This document shows positions 28,101-41,500 of a stretch of 64,000 bases of DNA, in pieces. The notes beneath the pieces are model-generated. The model searched no databases, was not told the origin of the DNA, and saw nothing but the letters and a program-made list of their open reading frames with translations. The DNA is from Blasia pusilla (lineage: Eukaryota). The stretch spans positions 22,940,001-23,004,000 of the forward strand of contig CM114271.1 in NCBI GenBank assembly GCA_050084515.1, read 5' to 3'. Position 1 is the first letter of the stretch, and the number at the start of each line of letters is the position of its first letter. The position numbers and the translations under genes are program-made.

Positions 28101-28748
28101 ACTTCTTACTTACTGCATTTGCAACTTTTGTTCTCGTAGTTGCCATCTTTGCAACAGGGCTAAATATTTCCTCATAATCGATGTCATATTGTTGTGCATA
28201 GCCCTTAAACACCAATCTCGCTTTGTATCTGTTAATTGTACCATCTTGATTGCGCTTGATTTTGTAAACTCATTTGCAACTTATAATTTCCTTACCAAAA
28301 GGTATATCAAGCAGCTCCCATATTTGTTGATGTCTTAATGCTCTTCCTCCATAACTTCAATCCATTCGACTTTACTTGCAGCTTCTTCAAAACAACTCGG
28401 CGCCTGTTCTTGAAGGGTAGTCATTATATATGCATGATGTGTCGCAAGGAAATTTTCATTTATGAATCTATGAACTTGATGTGTACTCTACTTGATCTAT
28501 AAAGTTGTTGTTCAGAGGTAGATGCTTCTAACACTTGACTCGAGCTCTCACTAATGTCAATAGACTGCATACCTACTCTTCTCGTCCATGGACTCACATA
28601 TTTAACTGATGAATCTATGACCTCTCCTAATCCTACACTAGTACTTAGGGAAGTTGGAGATAATGTCTGTTGGTTTACAATCACATTCTCCTCCTCAACA
28701 GGCGAGTTAAGAGGTGGAATAGGCTCAGATGGAGCATACCATGACTTT

Positions 28749-31700
28749 TGTCGTGCGCATATACATCGCTACACAACAAACATCGCTGTCACCGAACACA
28801 CACACAAACACGCACGATCCCATCTAACTCATGGCATGCAAACAACAAGACAAGAAGTATCAAAATAGCTCCAATAAAATAAGATCCAATCTCTCTCACA
28901 ACACCATAATTCTCACATGTGTGCACTCTCACATGTCTCTCTCAATGTCAAACCAAACCCACTCTCCTAATGAGAGGCTTGGGTTACATACACAAGGCAA
29001 CCAAGACCATAGCTTCGCCGCCTCATGCCAAAAGGTTCAACAAAAAGTGAATAAGCTCTCAAGCTCTCTCTCCTTGAGATATATCCCTCCCCTCTTCCAA
29101 GCTCTCTCCATGATAACCTATGCTCCCAAGTCGCCTCCTTGGCTCTTGACCTGATGTAGGAGGTCAAGGGACACTTAAAAAAAATAGAAAGTCAATAATA
29201 TACTCAAAATGGTACTTACCTAAAATAGGAAGTTCTTCAATATGGCTCGAAATGAACAGAAACGAAGGGGAAACCTGCTCTCTCAGGTTTCCTAGATGTC
29301 ACGTCTTTTAGGATATATCAGTGAGATCTAGTAGAGCGCCTTTGTGAGTAGTGGAGGACAGGCTCAATAGGTCGAGGATGACCTGTTGAGGCCCCGAGAA
29401 ACTTGAGAGAGCAAGTTTTCCCTTGGTTTCGGCTCATTTGGAGCCTTATTGAAGAACTTACTATTTTAGGTAAGTACCATTTTGAGTATATGATCAACTT
29501 TATATTTTTGTTAAGTGGCTCTTGACCTCCTACATCAGGTCAAGAGCAAAGGAGATGACTTGGGAGCATAGATTACCATGGAGAGAGCTTGAGAGCTCAT
29601 TCTCTCTTTGTTGAACCTCTTGGCATGGGGCGGCATAGCTATGATGCTTGCCTTGTGTGTGTAACCTAAGCCTCTCATTAGGAGAGTGGATTTGGTTTGA
29701 CATTGAGAGACACATGTGAGAACTATAGTGTTGTGAGAGAGATTTGATCTTACTTCACAAAGAGAGAATGAGAGAATGAGATAGTGAGAGAGCTTCATGG
29801 GGGAGCTCGCTGGTCACTCGCTGTTTTTGCAAGTTGGAGACTGTGTTCCCCATTCAGCCGCTCATGGGAGTGCTCACCGGAGCAAGGGATGCTTTGATTG
29901 TTCTTTGCATTTGCCGATTTTTTGTGTGGAAGAATGACGCGCAGAAGCGCTGCCCAATTTCTCATAGGGATTGAGTATGGGGCCAGATTGCCCAATGCCG
30001 ACGCTCTTGGGAGCACCGTGTAGCTTGCTGATTTATATTTTTACAGGTTTTACATTTTTGTTGGGAGAAATCACGCGGAAGCGCTGCCAAATTTTGTGTA
30101 GGAGAAAGAGACATTGGGCTTTACAACAGTCCCCATCAGTTCTTACAGGAATGTCCGATTCTAAATATTTTTTGACATTATCGTAGATTGTGAAGCTGTG
30201 CAACAAATAGTGTGTAATTTTGAGTTGCGAGCATAACGTTATGGTCAATCTTGCAAAACTGCCATTGCTAGGCGATTTTTAGGGTTAAATTGTTCAAACC
30301 CTAAACCAACCGCCGTGCCGGCGGCGGCCGTCGCTGTCATAGTCACTGTCAACGGTCTGCCGTCGATGGTCAACCATGAACCGTCACTGTCAACGATCGG
30401 CCGTCACCATCAACGGTCCACCATCCACCATCGGCGGCGGGCCGCCTAACGCTACTCAAAGCCACGTTCGTCTGTTGTCCAGCCTTTGGTTGCTATTGCC
30501 GCCATTATAGAGTGGAGGGTCTTCCACGACCACCGTTGATTCTCTGACTTGGGCCGCCACCACGTACTTTGGTTTGGCCGCCACCGTCATCGCAGTTTTG
30601 TCATCAACCAGTGATGGCAGGTGATCCCGGGTTATGGTGCTTGAGTTTTCATCTCATGCTGCTATGTTGTAATTGGTAGCCACTCGACCACGATCGAGTA
30701 CCGTGCCGTGACGCCCGTAGCCACAACGCGCCACTTATTGCCATGCCGTGCCGCTCGTGGCCGCACCGCTCCATCTTGATTGCGGAGCCGCTCCTTCACT
30801 AAGGTGTAAAGCGTGTGAATTGCTGATTGAGGAGGGTATGCTGCCGAGTGCCGTGCCATTTGTAGCCGTTCTGTGCTGCCAATGCCACACCGGACCGTTG
30901 GACCTGCATCGCACATCGAGGAGGTTTGAGTAGCGTCTGTACAAGAGGAGTACGACTTGCTGATTGGAGGAGTTGTCTTCACAATTGAGTTGGGGTTGAG
31001 ATTTGCAGTTGCCGAGAAGTGACATCGACATTATTGGCACGTTACCCATTCTGGTCTCTTACCCTGCACGTGTGAGGGATTTCCAGATATTGGGAAATTA
31101 TTTGGGATATTGAGTTTCATGCTAATGCTAGGTGCATCGATGATGTAGGGTTTTAGGGGACATAGACCTGTGTGGGATGTCCAAAGTTGAGGATGGTTTG
31201 TCGATGAGGCAATAGATCGGTTGATTTGCCATATCACGCTACTTGTTGCCGCACAACACACGTCTCAGTGAGAGAGTGTAGATTGAGTGCCGCATGTTTA
31301 GTTTGAGTGATTGAGGGATTACTCACGAGATTGAGAGTGATCGTGTGAGAGGGGCACGAGGGCCATCACAGCGATCTTTTGGGATTTTGAGAGGCAAGGT
31401 AGTGGACCTGAGAGTAGCTCTAGAGGGTTTACCCGGAGTGGTGCAAGGTTTCGAAGGTCTCCACGTGAGAGACCACCTTGATCTCCTTCTGTGTCTTCTT
31501 CAGACGAGAGTGAGCGTGTAGACGAGTGTGTTAGTGATCCACCGTACACATTGAGATTGGAGATATTTTGGTACTTCTTGTCTCGTTGTTTGGATGCCAT
31601 GAGTTAGCATGGGATTGTGCGTTTTTGTGTGTGTTTCCGGTGACAGCAATGTTTGAATGTTGTGTAGCAATGTGTATGCGTACGACACGGAGCCTCAGCA

Positions 31701-34700
31701 CGTCATCCTCGACCTACTAAGCCTATCCTCCACTACTCACGAAGGCGCTCTTCTAGATCTCATCGATCTATCCTAAAAGACGTGAGAGTTGTCGTGCGTA
31801 TACACATCGCTACATAACATACATCACTGTCACCGAACACACACACAAACACGCACGATCCCATGCTAACTCATGGCATCCAAACAACGAGACAAGAAGT
31901 ATCAAAATATCTCCAATCGCCCCCCTAGTTGGTGAGTAGGTCCCTCTAACTCTAGATAGCCATCTATCCCTACCTACCATGACATACATCTCTCGGATGC
32001 TAAGAGCAAGAAGGTCGGGTGCTCATGTGATCCCATCGTTAGTTACCTTCTTGTCATCCATGTACCAGACACAAGTCGGAATGTAGAACTACCTACTGTA
32101 TGTACATCTGGGACACATCCATCGTCCCTGAGGAACCCTAGTGAGAGGTGGCGTCAAACATGCCATATGCCATCCTCTCAAATATCCATCACAGACTAGT
32201 ATAGTGGCTGCACCATGCGCGAAACCACACAACATACACCGCAAGCCTGTAGGAACTATTGCTAAGCTCGGATCAACTGTAGCGTCAATGTTTGGAAGAT
32301 GACATGGCACACAGTTACGCACATGGTCCTTCCAAACCATACCATCGCGTCCCTCCAATAAGAGAACACCGGATGGCAAAACCTCACGCACTCTCAAGAT
32401 GGTACGCCCTGCAGTCACATCCAACGTTGTGGGTGCCGTCTGCTGCAAGTAGACATAGTCTCTCTGATGAAACCTCCGAATAGTCGCATACCTCAACGTA
32501 TGTCGATGTTGCGCAATTGCCAAGTTCTCAAACGCCATGGGCATCACTCTATGAAACAACTCAGACCTATGAGAACATGCTCGCATCCATACATCAGGGT
32601 CATCAAGGTTCAACACCTCACCAGTATCTCGACGAATGGCCGCAGGTAAATTTGGATCTCGGCCATAAAGCAACAAGTAAGGTGAGAAAGACGCTAAGGA
32701 TGTCTACTTGTTGAATCTGTATCCCATCGCCAACCACTGCAACTGAAGGTCCCAATCTCCTAGGTGACCTCTCTGCAAGCCATACTTGCGTAGCCCTCTC
32801 TTCATCCTTTGCACAACTCGCTTCGCTAGTCCATCCGCCTCAGGATGATCTCGCAAAGTAGAGCAGTGGTCTGAAACTCCCCGCAGAACTTTGTACCCTG
32901 GTTTGTCATCACCTCAGTTGGTGCACCGTAATGACTCAGCACTCGATCTAGGAAGGCATACGCTACTCCCTCACTCGCTTTGTCAAGCAATGCAACCAAC
33001 TCTATCCACTTCGAGAAGTGCTCGACCATCACCAACACATAACGACTATGGCGCTCCGTCAAAGGCAAAGGTCCTGCAAAATCCAAACTCCATCTATGAC
33101 CTAAACCCATGATTGAAAGTGGATGCAAATGTGGAGTTGAAGCATTGAACGATGCTTGGACTCGATCGTACACCATGCATCTGGCAACAAACTGCTGAAA
33201 GTCAGTGTGCATGCCTCGCCACCAATATTGAATCTGGAGCAAGCTGTATATCCGCTTCAATCCAAAATGACCAAACTCCTCGTGGGAATGACGCACCAAA
33301 CGTACTCTCTACGAAGGATGAGGCACTTCACACACTCTACCATCCTCCCAGACTCGTAACACATGTGTGCCCTCCCACCAGAATCGTCTGGCTCGCTCTA
33401 GGATCCGATCCCTCTCTCTAGCATCCAATGTGCTCGCGACACTGCATGTACAGAGGTACTCCAAGACCACTCCATCATCATGAATGTCTCGGCCACCTGT
33501 CGTCTCCTCACCGGCCTCTGGATCTAAAGACTCTCCATCAGACCTCGCCATCAAAGTCTTAGCAATCTAGCTCTCCATAGCCAACAAGCCCAAATAGGCT
33601 GACGCATGCCATCATGGCATCAACTTTTCATCACTCTCACCATGCCAACGAGCTCTTGTCGCATCTTGCTCACTCGGGCATGGGTTACGGCTCAAACCAT
33701 CTGCATCCTGGTTGAGCATCCCAAGTCTATGCACCACTTGGAAGTCATACTCTTGCAACAAAAAAGCCCACCTCGCAAGCTTCCCTGTAAGCTTGTCGAA
33801 CTCCATCAACCACTTAAGTGGATGATGATCAATGATGATGGTAAGGGAATTGCCAAATAGATAACATCTGAAATGTGCGACAGCCCACATTGCAGCCAAG
33901 CACTCACCCTCATACGAGCTATACTTTGCCTCTACAACATTGTTCGAGCGACTAGCATAAGCCACCACGAACTCTCTACCTTCATCGTCATGCTGGGTGA
34001 GTACGGCTCCAAGCCCCAACATGCTCCAATCGATATGCAACTGGAAAGGACGCCCCCTGATCGGTCTCTTCAATATGGGCGCGGACGTCAATATGTCCTT
34101 GAGCATATAAAATGCTCTCTCTTGCTCATCCCCCCAATGCCACTCTTGATCCTTCTTGGTCATCAAGGTTAGCGACTTTGCAATCATGTTGAAACCCCGG
34201 ATGTACCGTCGATAAAAGTTCGCCAATCCCATGAATGCACGAACTCGACTCACATCTGTAGGGCGTGGAATGCGTGAAAAAGCCTCTACCTTCGTTTGTT
34301 GCACACTAAGGCTCCCTGGGTATATCATATGATCCAAGTACTCAATCTCGTTGTAGAAGAACTTGCACTTGTCTGGATGTAGCTTTAGCCCATGTAACTG
34401 CAATCCTTGAAACATCTCCTCTAGATGTCGCTCATGCTCCTCAACCGTGGCGCTAAACACTACGATGTCATCAATATAACACCTAGCAAAATCTGGACCT
34501 GCCAAGATCCTATCTATGACCCTCTGAAACTCAGCCGGGGCATTCTTTAACCCAAATGGTAAGAATCGCCACTGGTACAAACAATCCTTCCCGTGAGGAT
34601 CGATGCCCCAAAATGCCGTCTTCTGCCTGTCTTTCAATCTCATAGGCAGTTGATAGTATCCGGCTCGCAAATCCAATGAACTGAAGACTTTTGCATGCCC

Positions 34701-35909
34701 AATCGCATCAAAGATCTCCTCAGGGGTCGGCATGGCACACCTATCGGACTTCGTCTGCCGATTGATAGGTCGGTAATCTCCACACATTCGCCTATCCGTC
34801 TAGTTGCCATGCACATCCTTCTTGGCGGGCATGACAGTGGCAGATGCATACTCTCCATGCGACATCTCCACTAGTCCTGCTCCAACCAAGTCCTGGCTCC
34901 TACTTTGAATCAGAGCCGTCTCCATGTCACTGTACCTCTAGGCTCGTTAGAAGATCAACGTATCACTCGACAACTCAATGCGGATCCCTGGACCCTTCAT
35001 CGTACCCAAATCATGCATACTAAATGCAAACAACTCCTATAACTCCTGAGGAACTGGTGTATCCGGCGCCGCTCTCCTCCTGTCAACTTAGGGCCCATAT
35101 CTGGCTCCCAAGTCTCCATCGTATCTACGGTAGGACTCTCCTGCGGGGGTGTCGGTGGTTGCTATGGTGCAACCCCATCTCGAACAATAGAACTCTCATC
35201 TCAACAAACTAAATGGTGCTCTCGAGAGCACCAGCATGGGGCAAACCGCCCCCATACTCAATCCCTATCAAAAATTGAGCAGCGCTTCCGCGCGCTACTC
35301 TTCCACACAAAAAAATCAGCAAGGAAACATCACAAGTAAGCGACTGTTGCTGTGATGAGCACTCCCATGAACCGTTGAACAAGGAATACGATCCCCAACC
35401 TACAAAACCACCGAGTGACCAACGAGCTCCCCATTAAGCTCTCTCACTCACTCATTCTCTCTTTGTAAAATAAGATCTAATCTCTCTCACAACACCATAG
35501 TTCTCACATGTGTGCACTCTCACATGTCTCTCTCAATGTCAACCCAAACCCACTCTCCTAATGAGAGGCTTGGGTTACACACACAAGGCAACCAAGACCA
35601 TAGCTCCGCCGCCTCATGCCAAAAGGTTCAACAAAGAGAGAATGAGCTCTCAAGCTCTCTCTCCTTGAGATATACCCCTCCCCTCTTCCAAGCTCTCTCC
35701 GTGGTAACCTATGCTCCCAAGTCGCCTCCTTGGCTCTTGACCTGATGTAGGAGGTCAATAGAAAGTCGATAATATACTCAAAATGGTACTTACCTAAAAT
35801 AGTAAGTTCCTCAATATGGCTCCAAATGAGCCGAAACGAAGGGAAAACTTGCTCTCTTAGGTTTTCCAAGGCCTCAACAAGTCATCCTCAACCTATTGAG
35901 CATGTCCTC
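28749..35909 (-). mobile_element. Ty3/gypsy retrotransposon (RT-RNaseH-DDE integrase-PHD finger) with split-direct-repeat ends; gag and protease deleted
   Basis: RT MCGDYRPIN...LPFGLKNAP...YIDDI and RNase H VAYASR...YEGECLA (34787-33612). Integrase HEEFGHFG...SLDFAGP...VEHFSKW (33299-32826). C-terminal PHD (~32240-32100). Repeats: X1 35909-35464 (5'-truncated), G-run 31928-31916, Y1 31915-31790, X2 31787-31688 plus 29296-28874, Y2 28873-28749. Confidence 0.9.
29297..31687 (+). mobile_element. Non-autonomous copy of the same gypsy family, inserted in opposite orientation into repeat X2 of the first copy
   Basis: Starts TGTCACGTC and ends CGTACGACA. X at 29297-29759; internal leader 29760-30020 homologous to 35463-35212; Y at 31558-31687. 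No RT or integrase. Confidence 0.85.
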
Positions 35910-38251
35910 GATGTTGGATGCCATTCTAACGTAAATAGTCATCAAATTCTGTTGAAAGATACTCTCTGCCTCCATCACAACGTAATTTCAAAATGTGTTC
36001 TCAAATCTGCTTCTCTACTATAACTCTGAATGTTTGGAACACTGAGAATACCTCTAACTTGGCTTTCAGAAAGCATATCCGCATATACCTAGAGAAATCA
36101 TCAATAAATGAAACAAAGTACTGGCAACCACTAAGGCTATGTTGTGATGTTGTCCACATATCACTGTGGATCAACTCCAATATCTTGGATGCTCTTTTAT
36201 CTTGCTTTGGAAAAGGAAATCTAGCTTGTTTTCCAAATTGGCAAGCATGACATACCTCTAATGTAGTAGGACTCGCTAATTTAGGGAGTCCTATTACTAT
36301 ATTAGATGATGAAAGACTCTGTAATCTTTGAAGATTCATATGTCCAATTCTTTTATGCCACACATTTAGATCTGTAACTTGTTGGTCGGTTTGACCATAC
36401 ATTATTGTTTGAATCTCTAGCATAGAAACATCTAATTTGAACATTCTGCCAAATCTAGTTCATTTGGCTATCGTAGTCTGGTCATTCATTGTTTCAATCA
36501 AACAACCATCTGCGTTAAACTTCAATTAATAATCCTATTCTACTATTTGTCCTACTAAAATCATGTTTCTTGCAATGGTAGGAACATAGAGAACATTTCC
36601 AACAGCACAAAGACCATCTAATGCTATTGGAACTTTACCGATATGCGTAATATGATAGTGAGTGTCATCTCCTGTGAGCACAATTGCAAGATCTTTCATC
36701 GACTCCAAACTACTGAACCATTTAGCTTGTGAGGTCATATAATTTGATGCACCAGAGTCAATGTACTAATCTGCTGTCGAGTCTTTCTTGACCATTGCTC
36801 TCATATGATGAGTCAAGATCAAGAGATGCTCCATTTGTGAATGTTGCTATTCTTGGTACTGCTTTTGGTGTTATTACTCCACATAGTTTTGTTGTTGTAA
36901 GGCTCCTATTCTCATATCTGCCTTCTATTTGAAGCAAAATTTTGCATAGTGATATTTTATCCCACAATAATTCCAAGATCCAGGGACCCTCTGCTGTTGA
37001 CTTCGATCCTAACGATTTCCACCATCACCACCTTGTGATTGTGTCTAGTACTGGTTCGTAGTTGATTGAATGATATTATATCGAGTGTCTCTTCCTCCAT
37101 ATGCTTGATATCCACCACGACCATGGAAGTTTCTGCCACGACCCCTGCCTCTGTTTGATCCATAACTTGCAAATAGCGCACTCTCTTGCACACTAGACGA
37201 GCTACCGCTGCCTACTATGCACATCTCTTCACTAATTAATAGTGGAACTAACTCTTGAAAGGTTGGATACCTCTTTCTCACAGAGATAGAGGTTTCAAAG
37301 GACTTGTAATCTTTTGGAAGGCCTTAAAGAGTGAAAAAAATCATATCATCATCTTCTACTGTCACTCCAATGCTATTCAACTAATCAACAATATGTTTGA
37401 TATTCAAAATATAATCATTGATGCTCTGCTCACTTTGTTCAATTGCTATTTCAATTGAAGTTTTTTGGCCTTTGTAGATGTCTGGAACAACTTTTCCAAT
37501 GCATCCCAAGTCTCCTCCAAAGTATCAACATCTTGAATGTGACCTATCATTGGCGAATTGATCGTTAATGAGATGTAGTAGATCACTTGCCTTGCGCGTT
37601 TGTTCTTGGCGAGAACATTCAAGTCTGTTGAGTCACCTCTTGGCTTGGCCTCATCACCTGTGACAAGCTCCCATAGTTCTTGACCCATGAGAAATTATAT
37701 CATTCGACACTTCCAAACATTGTAATTCTGCTTATCTAGCTTCTCGCTTGTAATTGCTATTGAGGAATACTCCATCACGAACGATTTCACAAAGATGTAA
37801 TTTCAGGTTCTCTACTGCTCCAATTGAAGCATAGATCACTCCTACACAGAAATCGACCTGAAATTTTTCCAAAATTAATCAACTATACGAAAGAACTAGT
37901 CGAAATTGACCTATAGAGAGCAAACTGCACAACTTTTCTTCACTAATTGCACTTTCCTACACTCAAATTGCTACCGCATGAGCTCAGAATGTCAAAATCA
38001 AGCGATTTTGGGTGAGTTGAAAAGCTCTCGACGAGCTCTATAAGAAAGCTAAAACAAGCCTATGGCATTGTTATAGCCGCTGCGAACCCAGATGGCTAAA
38101 TCGACTGGGAAAGCCTTTAAAAACGCCTCCAAAGTTTTATCACCGTCAAAGCTCCATCTGAAATCTGCACCCATTGAGCTCTAAACAAAATTTCCTTCTC
38201 CCAAACTGAAATGAATTTCAAGTGATGTTCTCCTATCGCCCTGATACCATA

Positions 38252-38558
38252 TGGAAAATTGCTAAAGCAGCATAAGTGGTGGGAAACGACTGTTACACTC
38301 ACAAACCACCATGGAGAACGAAATTTGCAATGAGAGAATGAGTGGAAGCTAGTCCCCTTCTCAATTTTATAGGGTATGTACAAGCAACCCTAACCCTAAC
38401 CTTAACCATAGTCTCGAGTTAGACTAATTGTGATTAACTAACCCTAATTAAGATAATCGCGCTTAATTGACTAACAAAGATTAAGCTTCCTTACTTCGTG
38501 TGAGTACCAAATATAGCAGTTCAGGTGTCTCATGAGCTTGACTGTAACTCAATCTTCA
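38252..38558 (-). repeat. 5' LTR of the copia element
   Basis: TG...CA-bounded segment immediately upstream of the tRNA-Met PBS; contains short TTAGGG-like repeats (~38386-38408). The outer boundary cannot be confirmed without a partner LTR. Confidence 0.6.
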
Positions 38559-41500
38559 ATAATAATGAGGGATTCAAGATCAAGCATTAATTGACCAAAT
38601 GATCGGAGAATGAAATATTCAATATTACATACTCAGATTCTTATCTCTATGGTTGGTAGTATTGTTGTGGTTACCACATTCACTTGCTTTCTTGGCAGAG
38701 GTAGTAGGATCCACACATGACTTGGACTTCTTGGGCCTACACTTCACAAAGATTCTTGATAAAGCATGTGTCTACTTCTCCATTTCATTATTCGCCTTTT
38801 GTTTTGACGAAGTGCTCACCAAGTTCATGGCATATAATGTTGGCGACATGTGTCAATTAGAATGATTTGAGGCAATCTTTTATGTGGAACGGTGATGGGA
38901 TTTGAACCCCAAGTAATTCCACTAGTTTTGGTCTCATGTGTAGATCATAGACTTAATGATATGACATTACTTATATTGCATGATGGAGGTGGGGCAACCG
39001 AATCCTATGTTTTTTCATATGGATTTTATTTCGACAAAGTTCCAGTGTGTGTTCCTTTACTCTCCATTAGAACTCCATCTAAGTCATTTTTTACAAAGCC
39101 ATAGATTGTGTGTGACTTTGTCAACAACGATATCAAGTATATCCTTGTTCAAACCTCTCTACTGTATACAATTGGTGAAGATATGACTAGGGATATGATG
39201 TGCAGGAATTAATAAGGACAACCCATCAAAAAGATTAAAGGATTGAAAAAAAATGAATACCAAACTATCACGATGTTGCTAATTTACCATATCTATAGTG
39301 TCTTTCTCTGGCAAGTCAACCCCTTCAACTAGTATATATGGATTTCACTGTAGTGCATAAGTTTGCTTCAACTATTGTCTTCTTTATCGCCTTTTGAATC
39401 CTATAGTTCTCTTTAAGGCATAGTTCACAAAATTTCATCGAGGATCAAACTACCATATATGCCATCCAAATTTGTGTTGCTTAAGCCAATGGTACACGTA
39501 AGAGATGTGTCATTTCTGAGTTTTTTAATTGTCCTTGTATACAACTTCGTCATCAAAATCCCTCACCCCATATAAGAGGAATGTTTGCTACTTCTACTTT
39601 GCAATCCCAATAGTGATTATACTGCGTAGAGCCTATTTGCAAGAGGTTGGGTGAGGAGGGATTTTTGGTGCTCTCGATCCATTTAGGCAACCATCTTAAG
39701 ACACTACTTGAAAAAGGAATAATGCTATTTAAATTTGGCCATACGGAATAATACCTTTTAGGAGTGATTTATATCCTTCTGAAGAAGAAATTCATGGAAA
39801 TCCTTGCCAAAGTTGTTCCATCATGACAAAGACTTACAACAAATTCTAAGTGATGCATGAACTTCTCTATGATTTTGAACAATTTGTGCTTTCTCCTCAG
39901 CTCCCATTGTTTTTCAACTCTTTTTCAAAGACGAATTTCAGCTATGAAAGTGCCTACAACACAGATAGACCCTAATTCGATATCTTTTATTGCTTACACA
40001 CAAGATAAGGGTTATTTGTACTTTCTAGGGGGATAGGAAAGAGGAGAATCCTTACTAAAGTTATTCCAAATCGTATCTTAGATGTGGTGAATATTGTGAG
40101 CAGATGGCTAGGCTAGTTAATCATATATTAGATGTTGGGGGATTGACCTTAGGTACGAGTAGGGAAGCAACCGTGGAATGATTTTTGGAAATTTTGCAAA
40201 AATTGTTCCACAATTTGGAAAAAGATTTCATCCCACCAGAAAAGATGAGCATCCGGAACGACAATTCATATTTTTGGTTCTCGCAATATCGCTCTCCTCA
40301 CAAATCCATTTGGATTGGCATATAGGGGAGTTTTGGAAAGGAGATTTTTCTACAAAAGAAATTATTTCATACATCACTCCTAGGTCTCGATTGATCCTTA
40401 TATCCATTCCATACTCTTATGGTTGCATGCAAACATACCTTTTTTTCATGGACATGCCCAATGGGACTCCGCCCAGATTTTTTTTGTATCTTGGTGGCCT
40501 AGGGCCACGGGTACTTGGGCCCGCACAAACATGTTCGTAAACATGTATTGTGTCTGTGTGCAACCTTGCATGATCTCCTCTACATCTTTTTTCTTGCAAA
40601 GGAAGGAAAATCCTTACAACCTCTACAAGTAAGTGTTATTTATGACATCTACACAAAACTCTTGTTCTTCTTCCTCTTCATCTAGCCTATCCATATGGAT
40701 TCAACTACAAATTCACCACTCTTCTTACACAAATTTCTTCCACTCTCAAACAAGCCACACATTCATTTTGAGTTTCTTCCTACAACCTATCCACACTTAC
40801 TCCACTCATTATCTCTTTTTAAGCGATTAACCACTAATTTCATCCCGATAAAGGGACTCTAAAACACCACACACTCATTAGCAAGGTTTGGATAGATCCA
40901 ACATTCCATGTCAAGATCGCCGGTTGCGAGAGACCAGTAACTCAACTTGACTACATAATGTTGGGATTGAAGCCAGGATAAAAATTACCTCAACCGACTG
41001 CAGATCGTCCCGTATGCATAGTGCAAGGGAAAAAGCCGCCCCAAGTATAGAGCTACCGGTTAATTTTTTTGACATATAAATTGACCGGATAGCAAGAAAT
41101 TTTCACTAAGAGGGAGGTGTCGGCTAAATACGGGAAGGAGGGGGGAAGCCCGGATGGGGTTTGATGGGTGTAGTACATGAGAGGCCCCATAAAGCCCAAT
41201 CTAGGCCATCTGGATTCGGGATGGGAAGGGGGTCCTATTTCGGCCTTGGGATTTGTTTAGTGTGGGGTGAGAACTTGGGGGTTGCGGCGCCTAGCTGCTT
41301 ACCCCATTTAGGGCTTGCCCAAGGCTAAGGCCCTAGATTTAGGGGTAGTCTCACCTAGCCAACGACAGAGCCTCACTTTGTGCCTTGATCTCTCTCGGTC
41401 CTCGACTTATGCGTTCACGATTCTGCCTTTCTCTCATACTCTCTCGTTGCCTTGGCGCCTCATTACATGACAACGCATTTTCAACTTGGACTCTCAAAGC

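Larger units (their letters stand above)
27040..38558 (-). mobile_element. Degenerate Ty1/copia LTR retrotransposon, 3'-truncated and interrupted by nested gypsy elements
   Basis: 5' LTR ~38558-38252, then Met-tRNA PBS TGGTATCAGGGC (38249-38238). gag from ATG 37775 (EKLDKQNYNVWK). Protease-like DSGASNYMT. Pre-integrase/integrase WHKRIGH...LELIHSDMW...FIDDFSR (36444-35910). RT KGYAQQYDIDYEEIFSPVAK...LYGLKQAPRGW (28215-27679). RNase H LSSTEAEY (~27230). Many stops and frameshifts; no 3' LTR seen. Confidence 0.92.

Noticed and set aside
38386-38408. Interstitial telomere (TTAGGG-like)
   Set aside because: Only 3-4 imperfect units inside an LTR.
38600-40100. Possible decayed minus-strand coding remnant
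   Set aside because: No recognisable motif in the frames I translated; cannot assign.
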